Source: an uncultured bacterium
GTDB taxonomy: Bacteria; Zixibacteria; MSB-5A5; CAIYYT01
DNA length: 64,000 nt
NCBI GenBank assembly: GCA_963726455.1
Contig: CAVSCK010000005.1
Coordinates: forward strand, 384,001-448,000
Reading direction: 5' to 3'
This document shows, in pieces, positions 60,483 to 64,000 of this stretch. Made by a program: the position numbers and the translations under genes. How positions within the stretch are numbered: the first letter of the stretch is position 1; the number at the start of each line of letters is the position of its first letter. Under the pieces are notes generated by a model. The model was not told where the DNA came from. It ran no database searches and saw only the letters and a list, made by a program, of their open reading frames with translations.

Positions 60483-63400
60483 ATGTCATTTAGTTCAATA
60501 ATAACCAGGATTTTTGGCAGCAAATACGACCGTGACGTCAAGTCGATGACGCCGATCGTAGCCGAGATCAACGAAATCTTCGAAACTCTCAAAGACTGGC
60601 CGGACGAGAAATTCGTCACCCGCACCAACGAGTTCAAAGCGGAACTTGTCGAACTCAAAGAAGAAATCAACAAGCAAGCCGAGTTGGAAGAGTGGGACAA
60701 GGACACCTTCAAGAAGAACTTCCGCACTGAGATTGACAACTATCTGAATGAAATTCTGCCGGAGGCATTCGCGATGGCCAAGGAGGCCTGCCGGCGTTTG
60801 TGCGGAACCTCCTGGAACGTCTGCGGGCTGGATACAACCTGGGACATGGTGCCCTACGACGTGCAGCTTATCGGCGGAATCGCGCTGCATATGGGCAAGA
60901 TCGCCGAAATGGCAACCGGTGAAGGCAAAACGCTAGTAGCTACCATGCCAATTTACCTTAACGCGCTGGTCGGCGAGGGTGTGCATCTGGTGACTGTCAA
61001 CGACTACCTGGCGCTCCGCGACTCTGAATGGATGGGCGAGGTCTACAAGTTCCTTGGACTGACCATCGGCTGTATCCAGCACGATATGGATTTCGGCGAA
61101 CGTCGCGCCCAGTATGCCTGTGATATAACTTACGGAACAAATAACGAATTCGGTTTCGATTACCTGCGCGACAACATGGCAATTGCGCCGGAGTATCGCG
61201 TGCAACGGCGGCATTTCTATGCCATCGTCGACGAAGTGGACAGCGTGCTGATCGACGAAGCGCGCACGCCCTTGATCATCTCCGGCCCGGTCGAAAGTGA
61301 TTCGCAACGTTATCAGGAAATGCAGCCCCTGGTCGACCGACTGGTGCGCAAGCAGACCGAGTTAGCCAACCGAATGATGACCGAAGCCGAGAAGATGATG
61401 GAAGAGGACGAGGATAAGGAAGATGAAGCGGCCTTCCGTCTTCTGGCAGTGCAGCGCGGCATGCCGAAAAACAAACGGCTGCTGCGGCTTTACAAGGAAG
61501 GCGGCGCGCGCCGTCTGGCACAAACTCTGGAACTGAATCTCCTGCGCGAAAAGCGCATGCACACGCTCGACGAGGAGTTGTATTTCGTTATCGACGAAAA
61601 AGAGCATACGATCAATCTGACCGATAAGGGGCGCGACCTGCTCTCGCCCGAGGACAAAGCATTATTCATTCTGCCCGACATCACCGAGGGTTTGCATCAG
61701 ATCGACACAGACGAAAAACTCACCGAAGAACAGAAGCAGGTGGAGAAGGAGCGGCTCTACAAAGTTCACGCCGAACGCGCCGACAAGAACCACGCGATAA
61801 ATCAGCTTCTCAAGGCCTATTCGCTATACGAAAAGGACGTCGAATACGTCTTGCAGGAAGGCAAGGTTCTGATCGTTGACGAGTTCACCGGGCGACTCAT
61901 GCCGGGACGTCGGTATTCTGATGGCCTTCATCAGGCGATCGAAGCCAAAGAGAAAGTCCGGGTTGAAGGTGAGACCCAGACCGTCGCGACTATCACGCTG
62001 CAGAACTACTTCCGCATGTATTTCAAGCTTGCCGGCATGACCGGTACCGCCGAAACCGAAGCGGGCGAATTGTGGGAAATCTACAAGCTCGATGTCATGG
62101 TCATCCCGACCAATAAGCCGGTGCGCCGTCTCGATTACGAAGACCAGATCTTCCGCACCCGACGCGAAAAATACAACGCCATCATCGATGAAATCGAGGC
62201 GCTGCATACCAAGGGTTTGCCGGCGCTGGTCGGTACCATCTCGGTCGAAGTATCGGAGACTCTGTCGCGCATGCTGAAAAGAAAAGGCATCCCCCACAAC
62301 GTGCTGAATGCCAAGTATCACCAGCAGGAAGCAGAAATTGTCCGCGACGCGGGACGCGCCAATGCGGTAACCATTGCCACCAACATGGCAGGCCGTGGTA
62401 CCGACATCAAGCTGGAAAAGAAATCGATCCAGCGCGACCAACTCGATGACGAGATCAAGGACGCGCTCAAGCATATTCCCGAACCGGAAGGCCTCGGGCT
62501 GGGCGAAAACGAGGAGCCGTTCGGGCTTTACATCATCGGTACCGAGCGCCATGAATCGCGGCGCATCGATCGCCAGTTGCGCGGTCGTGCCGGCCGTCAG
62601 GGTGACTTTGGCGCCTCGCGGTTCTTCCTCTCTCTTGAAGATGATCTGATGCGCTTATTCGGCAGCGACCGTATCGCCGCGGTGATGGATCGACTCGGCG
62701 TCAAGGAAGGCGAAGTGATTACTCATCCGATGGTAACCAAGGCCATCGAACGTGCCCAAAAACGAATCGAAATTCAAAACTTCTCCATCCGCAAACATAC
62801 CGTGCAGTACGACGACGTCATGAACAACCAGCGCACCGCCATCTATGACCGCCGCAACGCGCTGATAGATAAACCGAGCCACAAGGATGAAGTGCTACGG
62901 CTGATCGGCGAAGTGGCCGAGCGTATGGTCGATGAATTCGTTCCCGATGACGGTTCGGAGGGCGAGCCGGACTATGGTTCGCTGGCGCAGTCCTGTTTCA
63001 ATACCTTCCTGCTCAATATCAATTTCAAATCCGACGAATGGTCGGGATTGACAAAGTTCGGCCTGGCCGAAAAACTGCAGGAAGCCACGCTTGAGCATTA
63101 CCGCCGCAAGGAACTGTTCCTGGGCGAGGAAGTGATGCGGCATCTGGAGCGTTTTGCGCTGCTGACCACGATCGACACCGAGTGGAAAGAACATCTGTAC
63201 GAGATGGATCAGATGAAAGAAGGCATCGGCCTGCGCGCCTATGGCCAGCGCGATCCTTTGATCGAGTACAAGAAAGAGGCCTACAACATGTTCAACGGCC
63301 TGGTCGATCGCATCGACAAAACGGCCATCAGCCTGGTTTTCAAATTGCAGCCCGTCGATCAGAGCCAGGTTCAGCAACGCCGCCAGCAATCGCAGGCGCG

Positions 63401-63584
63401 TCTGCGCTCGGTGCATGAAAGTATCAGTGGTATGTCGAAAGTTCTTCCTGAAGCCGAACAACCGGACGAGACGATGCCGGAAAAACACAAACCGATTGTC
63501 CGCGATCTTCCCAAAGTTGGCCGCAATGACCCCTGCCCCTGCGGCTCCGGCAAGAAATACAAAAAGTGCCACGGAATGGAATAG
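60483..63584 (+). CDS. secA: Preprotein translocase subunit SecA
   Basis: [65 protein letters not shown]. Confidence 0.98.
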   Translation: MSFSSIITRIFGSKYDRDVKSMTPIVAEINEIFETLKDWPDEKFVTRTNEFKAELVELKEEINKQAELEEWDKDTFKKNFRTEIDNYLNEILPEAFAMAKEACRRLCGTSWNVCGLDTTWDMVPYDVQLIGGIALHMGKIAEMATGEGKTLVATMPIYLNALVGEGVHLVTVNDYLALRDSEWMGEVYKFLGLTIGCIQHDMDFGERRAQYACDITYGTNNEFGFDYLRDNMAIAPEYRVQRRHFYAIVDEVDSVLIDEARTPLIISGPVESDSQRYQEMQPLVDRLVRKQTELANRMMTEAEKMMEEDEDKEDEAAFRLLAVQRGMPKNKRLLRLYKEGGARRLAQTLELNLLREKRMHTLDEELYFVIDEKEHTINLTDKGRDLLSPEDKALFILPDITEGLHQIDTDEKLTEEQKQVEKERLYKVHAERADKNHAINQLLKAYSLYEKDVEYVLQEGKVLIVDEFTGRLMPGRRYSDGLHQAIEAKEKVRVEGETQTVATITLQNYFRMYFKLAGMTGTAETEAGELWEIYKLDVMVIPTNKPVRRLDYEDQIFRTRREKYNAIIDEIEALHTKGLPALVGTISVEVSETLSRMLKRKGIPHNVLNAKYHQQEAEIVRDAGRANAVTIATNMAGRGTDIKLEKKSIQRDQLDDEIKDALKHIPEPEGLGLGENEEPFGLYIIGTERHESRRIDRQLRGRAGRQGDFGASRFFLSLEDDLMRLFGSDRIAAVMDRLGVKEGEVITHPMVTKAIERAQKRIEIQNFSIRKHTVQYDDVMNNQRTAIYDRRNALIDKPSHKDEVLRLIGEVAERMVDEFVPDDGSEGEPDYGSLAQSCFNTFLLNINFKSDEWSGLTKFGLAEKLQEATLEHYRRKELFLGEEVMRHLERFALLTTIDTEWKEHLYEMDQMKEGIGLRAYGQRDPLIEYKKEAYNMFNGLVDRIDKTAISLVFKLQPVDQSQVQQRRQQSQARLRSVHESISGMSKVLPEAEQPDETMPEKHKPIVRDLPKVGRNDPCPCGSGKKYKKCHGME

Positions 63585-63644
63585 GCATTACCTGGATCTT
63601 CTTTGCTACGGCATCCGGAGCGCAATCCTTTCCCGATTTTGGTC

Positions 63645-63673
63645 TTGCTAAAAGGGACTTCACTCCTTACATT
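63645..63673 (+). promoter_or_regulatory. Putative sigma70 promoter downstream of secA
   Basis: TTGCTA-N17-TACATT. Confidence 0.4.
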
Positions 63674-63956
63674 AGTAACGACACAATTCAAGATGTTGGC
63701 AATGGCAGCCCAATGACGAAACAGCGAGGGGCAGACTGACTGCTTCTCCACAGGAGACGCGCAAGTGCACCGGCGCGGCCTCCGGATGAATTCGATCAGC
63801 CAACTGGCGCAAGTTCCACACATGCAAATAGGGAGGACGAATGAACCTACGGTTTATGCTGTTGAGAATGTGTCTGTATGCACGTACTCGGACTTCGAGG
63901 CCCGATAAGGATTCCTTTACTATCGAATGTTCCTTTCACTCTGAAAGGAGCAAAAT

Positions 63957-64000
63957 ATGACACCAAGACTCTCGGGGCTGTTTCTGTTCTTACTCATCGC
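63957..64000 (+). CDS. 5' end of a probable exported protein (runs off the window)
   Basis: SD AAGGAG then MTPRLSGLFLFLLI, signal-peptide-like. Confidence 0.55.
   Translation, partial: MTPRLSGLFLFLLI

Noticed and set aside
63700-63830. c-di-GMP-I riboswitch in the leader after secA
   Set aside because: Only loose GGCAGAC/GACGCGCAAG resemblance; the required stems and tetraloop-receptor are not evident.

Overview
A bacterial chromosomal segment with moderately high GC. The two secreted proteins ending in 'GDAD/SxxGxVDISDAVYLIAYIFSGGPAP' dockerin-like tails suggest an FCB-group lineage such as candidate division Zixibacteria (inference). Housekeeping and metabolic genes include a MATE transporter, brxA/B, sdhCAB, alr, nadC, purE, pepC, an NtrY/NtrX-like pair, lepB, recF-dciA-gyrB-gyrA, an exosortase/EpsI/UbiA cluster and secA. 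One operon joins a four-subunit 2-oxoacid:ferredoxin oxidoreductase to a NuoEFG/HydCBA-like module that has no catalytic subunit. Two small lower-GC islets are present, one carrying a DUF488 fusion and its partner. Several genes (sdhCAB, nuoF-like, gyrB, pfkB) carry single-base frameshifts, most likely assembly errors. The most unusual feature is a REP-associated tyrosine transposase (RAYT, 53386-53865) flanked by two 239-bp elements, with a third 237-bp inverted copy 23 kb away. Each element consists of two GTAG-headed REP stems whose loops are 78-80 nt long, separated by an exactly 25-nt linker. The four short boxes and the lengths are conserved, while the interiors diverge almost entirely by ungapped substitution. 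Several other short REP-like palindrome families occupy intergenic regions. No rRNA, tRNA or CRISPR array was recognised. All alignments and counts were done by eye.
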